From positions 1 to 64,000 of the IMG/VR virus record IMGVR_UViG_3300025876_000005: a stretch of DNA of 64,000 nucleotides. The stretch is one strand, 5' to 3'. The notes under the pieces are model-generated. The model did no database searches. It saw only the letters and a list, made by a program, of their open reading frames with translations, and was not told the DNA's origin. Source of the DNA: a virus. Below, piece by piece: positions 57,301 to 64,000 of the stretch (the first letter of the stretch is position 1; every line of letters starts with the position of its first letter). A program made the translations under genes and the position numbers.

Positions 57301-58306
57301 TAGAAAGCACTCTACTCTAGATTTACGTGAACAACTATTTGAGACGCCTCTATATAAACACAGTCTGACTAGTTCAGCTGAGATTAACGTTGCTAGATCT
57401 TACTATAATAAATTCAATAGATGTGGTGTTGCTTTTAACGTTGGTTTTATTAAAGACTCAAACGTGATGAAGGTGGTTCAAGGTGAAGCTATTGTGCCTC
57501 AGGCGTCAACACATGATTTAGGTTGGGGTAAAATTAAGAACCATTACTATCATAAGGTTAATGAGATTAATCCGAACGGTGTGTTGAAACTGACTAAAGG
57601 TGGAGACTTTTTACCTGTTTACCCGGTGATTGATGAGATAGCAATTGACTACAAAGATGTTAATGTCTTTAAGTCTTCTTGGGAAGATGGATATTACACA
57701 AGGTCTCTGGCAGGTGGTAATAAGGTTAACGTTGCGGGTACTTTTGATACTGCAGAAGAAAGATCTTATCTGGGTTCTACGGTCATGAAACTACAAGATG
57801 CTTATTTCTTAACAGAGTTTACAGTTCAGTTTGCAGGCTCGGAAGAAGAGCTAGACGATATTTTAAGAACTAATAATAATGAGAATGATGTTGTAATCTA
57901 CGAAGACGATCAGACACTAATTGCTGACTTCTACATGAATGACGTGGTCTATCAAAAATTAAGTGATCTCGGTGCTTTAAATACGCTTTCTCAGTTTATT
58001 GACCCGGTAAAGTCAATTGGTGATAAGACTACGCTGAGTGATGATATGCAGGACTACGTAAACAAGAACTTGATTCAAGCGTTTACAATTGACCAGATTG
58101 ACCTTTGGGTAAGTAGATTTAAAGGTGCTCAGTCTAATATATTAAGCACTTCAAGTCTTGAGGGTCTAGATGACGGCGGCTTTACTAGAGATCAGAGCTT
58201 TACTTATAGCTTACATGGTGATACACCGCTAAACTTCAGGTTGATATATAACAAAAGACTAGGCTATTCTTACAATATTAGACCTATGATAAAAATACAG
58301 TCCTAA
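51371..58306 (+). CDS. Very large putative tail/adsorption protein
   Basis: 2311-aa ORF after GATATATA (51329); Cys-rich repeated N-terminal modules. Confidence 0.55.
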   Translation: MALQSINLYSKTGITNPCTGGGQGTLGVFYWDDDDGSSGSLTPNSLDTIVSNSKEIYNDSLFQSLAQDGWYAESLFPGQNQVDVYQFQSGSWGSYTQCQPSATASITVYYKDPNQLDPSVGPDDTNPCDPNVSASQETIYYDSTAQGGVGFGLTLAQAIQYNVGVFYDFSLSQQLDDGWYADDDFPDSVNDVNVYLFLGGAHYSNLNTNGYIICQSTGGTSTTSGTSGTSGTSGSSGTAGAFSLRVTAAEAAPFLCQDVTDDDPDSTIPFYTIHYWTSSGPLTLAQVADANIPIFSDENSAVDYGLRVQSGVTPTYSGIIKFSGYFREFKQRGIFYWEFNDSNPANSKWRSELQDDCPPIPEPQAWPITLYHDNTLSNPDSISEYCCSNNSTSAVWYYWSVNPYPNLLTLANAGILLYNTANAAEISLFPELIPFGIWGDDTGIGTDKLLKFRPNDDLQPTWFGLDDSDTETESPNITQYFNCGYFTQPAGSPNTNIQSTSPFANKVFYAFHSCDPTAGEHILHVVDGQHFANVDNFMSDFIETLVRTNPKLTTIETGVIGCQTYKHKVIAESIEEAVQLLKAEKLNGVKYYDAVQESELSDLGIGDFVTLSIYADCCDCIQRLNDSRYQFGETGVVQPAGLGPNFAVERNAKLDNVAKPLLRTNPKLTTNVKLVVNSRDELYLDSISATDDLASANYKKFPVNPRGSYAYDLTRFYTKNKTPLEIVYTTKRRDSDFSVFSEYEKQIEEDYHYGTAMNYSKLYDEEFRMFAPIYVDLNMPKKFVIYRINDPKDSTSFTDSALGNEARIKKLIEKSEIVKVFDLTKNSNIGKYLRNYVQDQAFPKAPITFSFEENEKTTYNGIDLIKGGFTKKAEYMHNDFILKDKPLVAANDFVTDGFRRNHIAAANIINMEFLFDDPHASTYSVNRYIGLYVDDIETGSGRVSSIRNGSIIFKNVNSNMSSTFDYAAIPSYKMLTEMPILAYARTGENYYKLDNTKSYDHSRLELRVQDSRNEIPTQLGIQYKGQTIDIKANPNRGFDFIKVKVVDIPNHNDKIALATVKNESYRFTFVKFVANVNVQIDDSVGNTITFNTGADITTALSNVQTAYTAPFADVYNLEILDNGFILTEKLANLLNLAPEVTTSNGNVFNRKEIYTNVEIPNRSYYAADPNTASPNYLTKGTFSGQYFSAAGNTRDVAIALTKLIRERGDFDAFNIGDEIYISVKIPGYKIMQQAFLVNRNNTLPFLEFDAINVDSDNELELGDLAIGTSGNWDAYFFKGGNLENKSILVTKETAPIISVGEYLPTAYKGRYNRVVDIVQDITDPAGDYLKVILSLENSVKDGEVRVFVDRDLTMGLFSAYSIYDMDFDFHDTANSNLKELNHETIDQIVYEPYSGVSQNTSPGAGDLIKTDVLDAAYEISPDLYFANLQPILGNEDIDDVDLESIGSEYDRLSENEIKEFAIGSRVVPNINKWVLRNGNTVREEPYHLNANSAFGRTNFAPDLEVTERDIKAFTHEWFYIENLPDYLRFWQINNTFSYINFIKGFDLTKDLFKRVDYDYFDMFMVGEGHEIDLYNDDPLERDSSLFNINSYVKSNLRKKYTIIDNGSSETFANTIFKGLNVTLKSRKEFVNSVASEFVKNTEFNGYKFSIMVKVNNQASNNSIDFEVIQNKKFKFVIFYITLNTGDVWASDLNRKLFYELKHQLNYNTVTNKYVYADINISGALDLKAINFNGLSPYRVYGIDHADGSVSNFDSQISKNTSGTYNNIVIDLGAIGEYQVQVFSVESDSELFIQGRPTKVGGSVSDPDYYLDTVALNIADLKNATYTYIGGGFNAQQLILNELTAGNVSKVLNNNDDRVTYTTIESDGTVNNNRFTINFNDGKEFVKKVDLTTVEDVDKPKSYKLLSTGVTAKLTISDPVAAKEKYYDDYNKSKKTIGYNIVATNPYYAFMVRHSGDYTIDLEPVVTFTDIYTHFKTNRKHSTLDLREQLFETPLYKHSLTSSAEINVARSYYNKFNRCGVAFNVGFIKDSNVMKVVQGEAIVPQASTHDLGWGKIKNHYYHKVNEINPNGVLKLTKGGDFLPVYPVIDEIAIDYKDVNVFKSSWEDGYYTRSLAGGNKVNVAGTFDTAEERSYLGSTVMKLQDAYFLTEFTVQFAGSEEELDDILRTNNNENDVVIYEDDQTLIADFYMNDVVYQKLSDLGALNTLSQFIDPVKSIGDKTTLSDDMQDYVNKNLIQAFTIDQIDLWVSRFKGAQSNILSTSSLEGLDDGGFTRDQSFTYSLHGDTPLNFRLIYNKRLGYSYNIRPMIKIQS
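52037..52072 (+). repeat. (ACTAGTGGA)x4 coding repeat (TSG linker)
   Basis: Direct reading. Confidence 0.9.
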
Positions 58307-58307
58307 A

Positions 58308-60299
58308 ATGGCAATCAACATAAAAGAAATATTAACTAATGATAGCGATGTAATTAAAGTTGACAAGACTAATTACAACTTTGATCAGCTTGTTGCTAAC
58401 GGCGGTGGACCGATCGGGATCAAGGGCCAGAAAGGCGAACTTGGAGGTGTCGGTACAACAGGAGCAAAGGGTGAAAATGGTGATGAAGGAGCAAAAGGAG
58501 CAAAAGGAGATACTGGCGCTGATGTTAACAACTGGGGTAGAATAAGCTACGACAGCGCTACAGACGCTGATATATTAAAACCGAAGAGAGGTGGTACTAC
58601 TGATGAGCCTGTTTCTATTATTCTAGGCGATGAAGCCTATGTATACGGTGTAACAGATGGTATTGACAATCCAACTGCGTGGTTAAATATAGTTTTACCT
58701 GATAGTCCAAAATACAGTAATTATGCTAGTTTTTTAAACAGCACTTCTTCTGTTTTAAATCTTACAAGTTCAACCCAGTCAAGCGTTGATACTTACCAGA
58801 TTAGCCATGGAACTTCTACAAATAGTGTAGACTTTAAGATAGACATTAAGAATAGTTTATACTTAAATGCACCTGATTTAGTGCAGATTACATCTAATAC
58901 TGCGATTAAGCTTAATGCTGCTAACAACAATATTACATTAGGGCCAGATACTGGTACTTCTTCAGGTCTAATTGACTTAAGAGCAGATAGTGTTATTGCT
59001 AGAGGTAATTTGACAGTTGAAGGTACTACTACTGGTTATATTAAAGTGCCAAATGGTACTACGGCTAATAGACCAACCGGTGCTTATGGTATGATCCGCT
59101 ACAATACTAATTTAGATGTTGGTCATAGCAGTGATAAAGGTAGTTTAGAGACTTTTGTTCAGCACCCAGAAGGAGATTACTGGAAGCCTTTGGGTAATAT
59201 GGTAGACGCAGACGGCGATACTTTTATTACAGTAGACTATGCTGAAAACGATGGAACTGATAATGTGATTAGACTTAATGTTGGTTATCTTAGCGGTAGT
59301 TCTTACTTAACAGAAGTTGTTGGTACTTTTGGTGAAACTGTAAGTGATGGAACAACAGATATTGATAGAGTATTTAAGTATAACAACGTTATTTATGCAG
59401 CTGATGATATTTTAGTGGCAAATGATTCTGGTTTAAGGATTAAGGAAAATGGAGCAACACCGGGCGGTAGTCAAGTTGCTGCACAGAATAGCGGTGCTGC
59501 AGCTGCTAATAGAACTTTAGCAGATTACTTTTATAGAGAAAGTGCATTACAATATGACGTTGATGCATTTACTGACGGTACTCCATTTACTAATACGGTC
59601 ACTGCTTCTACATCTAGCTACAGAAGAACAAATCAGGTTATAAAGGCTCTTGGTTGGGATCCGTCTGTTGGAAGTACTCTATCAAGCGCAAACGTAGCTA
59701 TTATCATTGACCACAATAAAACAAAAATGTCTTATGTTAAAGTTGGGCATATGGTAACGGTTTGGGGAAGAATCGATTATTTCCCTTATTCAATAGCCAG
59801 TACTAACTTAAGTACAGAAACACCAGATATTAATTTTGATGGCACAAGCGGATCATCTGGTATTACTACACCTTCTAGAAGAGCTGCATTTGCAATAGGT
59901 AAACCAGCTACTTTCCCATATACTTCTGGTCTTACAGATACTAGAGTTGTATTCCCAATATCTGTTAGTTTAACAGCACAAGACGGTACAGCTGCTAGTG
60001 TTGGTTTTAGATATTTTGGAGTTATTGAACCAGGTATGAATGTGTTTACAATTATACAAGTAGATGATAGTACTGGTTTTATACCTGACGAAGCGTCAGA
60101 ATCAGCCGATTCACACCACGCTAAGCATTTAGATATTGATGATTTAAAAGTAACATCAGCTACACCAGGTGAAGTTATTACATTAGAGTATAACTTTAGC
60201 ATGCCTACTGATATAAACTCATATGATCTTAGTTCTAATTCTCTTGCTATTTACACTGAAGCTGAACTTACACAAAACCAAAACCAAAACCAAAACTAG
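58308..60299 (+). CDS. Tail fibre-like protein with collagen-like segment
   Basis: K.NYNFDQLVANGGGP then about 12 G-X-Y triplets; VPNGTTANRP...GMIRYNT; YVKVGHMVTV. Confidence 0.72.
   Translation: MAINIKEILTNDSDVIKVDKTNYNFDQLVANGGGPIGIKGQKGELGGVGTTGAKGENGDEGAKGAKGDTGADVNNWGRISYDSATDADILKPKRGGTTDEPVSIILGDEAYVYGVTDGIDNPTAWLNIVLPDSPKYSNYASFLNSTSSVLNLTSSTQSSVDTYQISHGTSTNSVDFKIDIKNSLYLNAPDLVQITSNTAIKLNAANNNITLGPDTGTSSGLIDLRADSVIARGNLTVEGTTTGYIKVPNGTTANRPTGAYGMIRYNTNLDVGHSSDKGSLETFVQHPEGDYWKPLGNMVDADGDTFITVDYAENDGTDNVIRLNVGYLSGSSYLTEVVGTFGETVSDGTTDIDRVFKYNNVIYAADDILVANDSGLRIKENGATPGGSQVAAQNSGAAAANRTLADYFYRESALQYDVDAFTDGTPFTNTVTASTSSYRRTNQVIKALGWDPSVGSTLSSANVAIIIDHNKTKMSYVKVGHMVTVWGRIDYFPYSIASTNLSTETPDINFDGTSGSSGITTPSRRAAFAIGKPATFPYTSGLTDTRVVFPISVSLTAQDGTAASVGFRYFGVIEPGMNVFTIIQVDDSTGFIPDEASESADSHHAKHLDIDDLKVTSATPGEVITLEYNFSMPTDINSYDLSSNSLAIYTEAELTQNQNQNQN
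60273..60296 (+). repeat. (CAAAAC)x4 coding microsatellite (QN tail)
   Basis: Direct reading. Confidence 0.85.
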
Positions 60300-60301
60300 G
60301 G

Positions 60302-61132
60302 ATGATAACATTAACGTACGTGTTAGATAAATTAAAAGCTATTTGGCAGAATAAGCAACTCAGGAACTTCTTGATAATTGTTCTTGTTGCTCTATTATTC
60401 TTAAAACAATGTAATCAAATCTCTAATCTAAAAAGAGAAGTCGATCAAGTTGAAGAAACTGCAAATAGAAACTTTAATAATTACAAGGCAGCTCAAGATA
60501 CAGTTAGACTTTTAGAACTTAAAAATGGTAAGCAAGCTGCTACGATTAAGAGTTATGAGTTTGATATTGCTAACCTAGAAGAAGAACAACATGGTTTAAT
60601 AGCTAAGTACCGGGGTGTTTTAGATATTAATAAGGACTTGAACAAGGTTAACACTCTTCTTTCGGCAGATATTAAGATTAAAGATAGTTTGCTAGCTGCT
60701 ATTTCTGTAGAAAGAATAGACTCAATTACTGATAAAGTAACGTTTGATAGATTTGATGACTTTGGTCATGGCAATACTAGGAATTTAGCCGGTAGTATGT
60801 TTGTTTATAGGGATGGAGATAATCTACTGTACAGGGACGCTATCTTTTCAATTCAACAGGAAATGAGCCTTTATGCTGCGATTGAAGATGCTGATGGAGA
60901 TAGCCAAGATGAGATTAAGATTACAACGGACTATCCTGGCCTTATAATAACTGACATTGAAAATATAAACCTGATAAATAGTAAGTTGAACCAGAAGTAT
61001 GAGAAGAAATCTGGCTGGTCTATAGGCTTAGGCGTTGGGTATGGAGTAAATTTAAACAATAACCAAGTAATTAGCTATGGACCTAGTCTAGGCATAGGTC
61101 TTTTCTGGTCACCTAAATGGTTAAGATTTTAA
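60302..61132 (+). CDS. Membrane-anchored coiled-coil protein with C-terminal amphipathic beta-hairpin (spanin-like candidate)
   Basis: N-terminal TM segment ending LFLKQC, coiled coil, C-terminal WSIGLGVGYG...GPSLGIGLFW. Confidence 0.5.
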   Translation: MITLTYVLDKLKAIWQNKQLRNFLIIVLVALLFLKQCNQISNLKREVDQVEETANRNFNNYKAAQDTVRLLELKNGKQAATIKSYEFDIANLEEEQHGLIAKYRGVLDINKDLNKVNTLLSADIKIKDSLLAAISVERIDSITDKVTFDRFDDFGHGNTRNLAGSMFVYRDGDNLLYRDAIFSIQQEMSLYAAIEDADGDSQDEIKITTDYPGLIITDIENINLINSKLNQKYEKKSGWSIGLGVGYGVNLNNNQVISYGPSLGIGLFWSPKWLRF

Positions 61133-61133
61133 T

Positions 61134-63200
61134 ATGGCACAATCATCAAGATATTTTAGAATAGACGACGACGTACTTTTAGAGTTCATCTATCACGATC
61201 AATCTAACCCAAACGCGTATGAGATTGACGTAGACGATAATGGCTCTGAAGTTATGTTCTTGGACACGGACCAAGGCAATCCATTTGCTCAAAGACACCT
61301 GATCTCTGAATTAGGTGGCGACGTTGTCAACTTCGATGTAACTGATGATGGAGCCTACATTGCAGTTGAAGGATTTGCCGCTAGAACTCTACTATTACAG
61401 AACGGTAAGACTTATAAATTTAACGTAAGCGCTCTTGCAGTACCTACAGACTTTGATATTGAAGGTACATTAGGTATAAAGAGTTACGATGTGGTTGCCG
61501 GAGTTTTAACGTTTGTGCCGAATACAGACGGCCAAACTAGTTATACTTATCCAAATAGAGTTGGTGGTAAAATTACAGTTGACCGTAGAGCTAATCCACT
61601 GTTCTCAAACCCAGATGAAGATACTGGCAATGACGTTAACCAGACATTAGGTCGCTTTCATGCGGTACAACATCTAGATGATAAAACAAAGTATGCTCTG
61701 ATTGGTTATGACTCAACTGGAGTCTACGCTAAGTATAATTACATAAACAACTCAACGGATTGGCAAGGATCAAACTCAGGCGATCTGGTGACCAACCAGG
61801 CGGCGAATACACTTGCTATCAACTATATCAAGTACGATACAATTAGACTACATTTAAGAAGTGGCTATTCTTTCGCTGCTCGAGGCTATGAGGGTTTCTT
61901 GTTTGAAGTAACTGCCGATAGAACTTCTGGCGTGAAGAACTATCTAACACAGTTAGTCTACTTGAATCAGAGTAACTACGAGTACGCTAATCCAAAGCCT
62001 TTTATTCTAGGTGAGACTCTCTACTCTAAGTTTATTGAAGTAAAGGTACCAACTCTAGTACAGCAGAATCAAGAGTTCTTAGATAGGTTCTATGGTGACG
62101 GTACTCAATTCTCATCTGACGTTTCACAGACTTCAAACTACGGTATTAGTTTTAAGCTAATCGATACTCTTTCAGCTGAAGCTGGATTTGACTATATTTA
62201 CACAGGTGAAGAGAATAAGTTTACGGTTTCAAGAGAGGATGAATTCCAGGACTTTACGGTTGTAGTTGAAGACGCTGATGATGGAGATTACTTTAAGATC
62301 TACGGTGAAAAAGATAATTCAGCTTCTAATTTTGAGGGCTATATCCTGAATAGAATTCAGACTAGCCAAGATGATATTACAGTCTTCTTTGACATCGAAG
62401 TATTTGAACAAGTTGGTGTTTCTAATATTAAGACGGCAACTGCAGGCTTTACACAATATGAAGATTTTGATACTCCAGTTGTATATCGACCAGTTATTCA
62501 AAATGCAAATACAGCGGTTAATTTCTCAATTGACGTAACGATGAGAATTTACAACCAGACTGATAATACTCAAATCGTAAAGAGAGCGAGTTTAACAGTA
62601 CCTCAGGCTGCGAAATACGGTAAGACTTTACAGAAGGTTACAATTAGCTCAGCTAACAAATTATCTGAGATTTATAATGTGTTGCCAAATACAGTTCCGA
62701 ATAGAGTTATTCAAGATGTATTGACAAATGCACTACCGAGAAGTACAAAACAGGTAATTGCACTTGTTGAAAGACATAATGTTGTAACAGCTTCTGCTCC
62801 AGTACAAGCGGTACCTAGTCTTTCGGATCCAAATACAATTGAAATCGAAGACGTAGAAGAAGTAAGCTATGTTAGTAATAAGCAAACAGTAATAATAATA
62901 CCACCTTTTACAACTTATATTAAATTTAAGTTTGCTAAAAAGAAAGGCGATGATCTGGAATATATCTCACTAAATAATATTGAAAACGTTGTCCTAACTG
63001 TTGGTAGAGGTGAAAAGGCTCTTAAGTTTAACCACTATCCACATAAAGACATTGAGATGATCGACGGTGAAGTTCTATTTAAGATTGATGAAGGAAATGC
63101 TAAGATCATTAATGGCCGTAACAGAGGTAGATTCTACATATCTCTGGATAACGGTAACGAAGAAACTATGTTAACAACAGGAAGATATAGAGCAGGCTAA
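61134..63200 (+). CDS. Putative virion structural protein
   Basis: 688-aa beta-rich ORF in the tail module. Confidence 0.5.
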   Translation: MAQSSRYFRIDDDVLLEFIYHDQSNPNAYEIDVDDNGSEVMFLDTDQGNPFAQRHLISELGGDVVNFDVTDDGAYIAVEGFAARTLLLQNGKTYKFNVSALAVPTDFDIEGTLGIKSYDVVAGVLTFVPNTDGQTSYTYPNRVGGKITVDRRANPLFSNPDEDTGNDVNQTLGRFHAVQHLDDKTKYALIGYDSTGVYAKYNYINNSTDWQGSNSGDLVTNQAANTLAINYIKYDTIRLHLRSGYSFAARGYEGFLFEVTADRTSGVKNYLTQLVYLNQSNYEYANPKPFILGETLYSKFIEVKVPTLVQQNQEFLDRFYGDGTQFSSDVSQTSNYGISFKLIDTLSAEAGFDYIYTGEENKFTVSREDEFQDFTVVVEDADDGDYFKIYGEKDNSASNFEGYILNRIQTSQDDITVFFDIEVFEQVGVSNIKTATAGFTQYEDFDTPVVYRPVIQNANTAVNFSIDVTMRIYNQTDNTQIVKRASLTVPQAAKYGKTLQKVTISSANKLSEIYNVLPNTVPNRVIQDVLTNALPRSTKQVIALVERHNVVTASAPVQAVPSLSDPNTIEIEDVEEVSYVSNKQTVIIIPPFTTYIKFKFAKKKGDDLEYISLNNIENVVLTVGRGEKALKFNHYPHKDIEMIDGEVLFKIDEGNAKIINGRNRGRFYISLDNGNEETMLTTGRYRAG

Positions 63201-63751
63201 TGATATTAAACAGTAGAAATAACTTATTTGACTTTCGTTTTCCAAGAAAGTTTGTTCCAGAAGAAGTTGCTGAAAAGTATAAGCCTTATCTGAATAAAAT
63301 TCCAGGTGGTCTTTTGGCAGAGCCAGTAGACTTTGTGAACTATTCAATCCAGGGTTTAAATATTCCTGGAATTAGTTTTGATCCAACGACTCAAGCTGAT
63401 AATGATGGAACAACAAGATACCACAGAGGTGCTATTCCGATCCAAAATACAATTGATCGTCAGTTTACAGTGACCTTTCAGTTATTGGATGGATATATAA
63501 ACTACTGGATTATGATGGACACCTTGCTCTATTATTATGCAAGAACCACAAAAGAGCCTTATATTCAAGGATTGACATTAAGGATCTTAGATTCAGAAGG
63601 AAGCAGTGTTGCTTATATGCAGTTTGAAAGAGTTATTATGAACTCAATTAACGAACTAAGTTTAAGCATGGCAGACAACGTGGCGGAATTTAGCACATTT
63701 GAGGTTACATTCTTCTACAATAAATTAAACTTAAGGCTAGAAATAGAATAA
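63200..63751 (+). CDS. Tail tube-fold protein, T4 gp3-like (tail completion)
   Basis: SIQGLNIPGI, FTVTFQL.DGYINY, LTLRILD, ELSL, FEVTF.YN. Confidence 0.6.
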   Translation: MILNSRNNLFDFRFPRKFVPEEVAEKYKPYLNKIPGGLLAEPVDFVNYSIQGLNIPGISFDPTTQADNDGTTRYHRGAIPIQNTIDRQFTVTFQLLDGYINYWIMMDTLLYYYARTTKEPYIQGLTLRILDSEGSSVAYMQFERVIMNSINELSLSMADNVAEFSTFEVTFFYNKLNLRLEIE

Positions 63752-63758
63752 AGATAAA

Positions 63759-64000
63759 ATGAAGACATTTAATAAATACTTAGTTGAAGAACATGTGACA
63801 GAAACCGACATGGAACTAATCAAAGAGGGTTTACAGGAAGAATGGACTCCGGAATTAGAAGCTAAGGTTGATGCTGCTATCGATGAATTCATGAAGCAAT
63901 ACGCAGATGCTGATGGAAACTTAAGTATTGAAAGGCTTAATGAAGAGATGACTAATGAAGGTTTTCTAGGTTCTATCTTAGGTGGTTTAACAGGATACGC
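63759..64000 (+). CDS. 5' part of a protein with capsid-targeting-like leader (truncated by window edge)
   Basis: MKTFNKYLVEE...RLNEEMTNEGFLGSILGGL; open to the end of the window. Confidence 0.65.
   Translation, partial: MKTFNKYLVEEHVTETDMELIKEGLQEEWTPELEAKVDAAIDEFMKQYADADGNLSIERLNEEMTNEGFLGSILGGLTGY

Noticed and set aside
1368-62501. All minus-strand ORFs in the track (e.g. 1368-1625, 5402-5719, 6827-7225, 32452-32763, 59786-60202)
   Set aside because: They lie antisense to well-supported plus-strand genes, have no recognisable motifs and lack promoter context; treated as shadow ORFs
1-64000. Stop-codon reassignment as in some large Bacteroidota phages
   Set aside because: Long intact ORFs under code 11; TAA, TAG and TGA all end genes at sensible, tightly coupled positions

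Overview
This window is a 64-kb, essentially all plus-strand segment of a large T4-like contractile-tailed (jumbo-type) phage genome using the standard genetic code. The host is most likely Bacteroidota, based on a Flavobacterium-type bS21, a T9SS type-B sorting-domain protein, TAnnTTTG-like early promoters and A-rich leaders without Shine-Dalgarno sequences. Positions ~1-28 kb are an accessory and metabolic region: DnaJ, bS21, PhoH, GNAT, RNase HII, 5'-nucleotidase, split PNK/phosphatase, CCA-adding enzyme, Rnl1-type RNA ligase, MarC, a DUF2828/TROVE(Ro60)-like vWA protein, UvsE, dCMP deaminase and a DinG-like helicase. This part is organised by repeated promoter/terminator cassettes. Positions ~28-64 kb are the tail, baseplate and neck module (gp53-, gp27-, gp5-, gp13-, gp25-, gp6- and gp3-like genes, fibres), with a bS1-like protein and an amidoligase embedded in it. 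Best candidates for undescribed biology: (1) the Ro60-like gene is directly followed by two tandem, apparently separately promoted putative ncRNAs that share a covarying closing stem and an invariant UACAGCAAAC...CCUGUUA motif, i.e. a Ro/Y-RNA-like system near an RNA-repair gene set; (2) about ten unrelated proteins, including the CCA-adding enzyme, carry an N-terminal peptide resembling the T4 capsid-targeting sequence, suggesting a modular set of virion-packaged, injected enzymes; (3) a stand-alone T9SS sorting-signal protein that could act as a decoy. All family calls come from motif recognition by eye; no database search was run.
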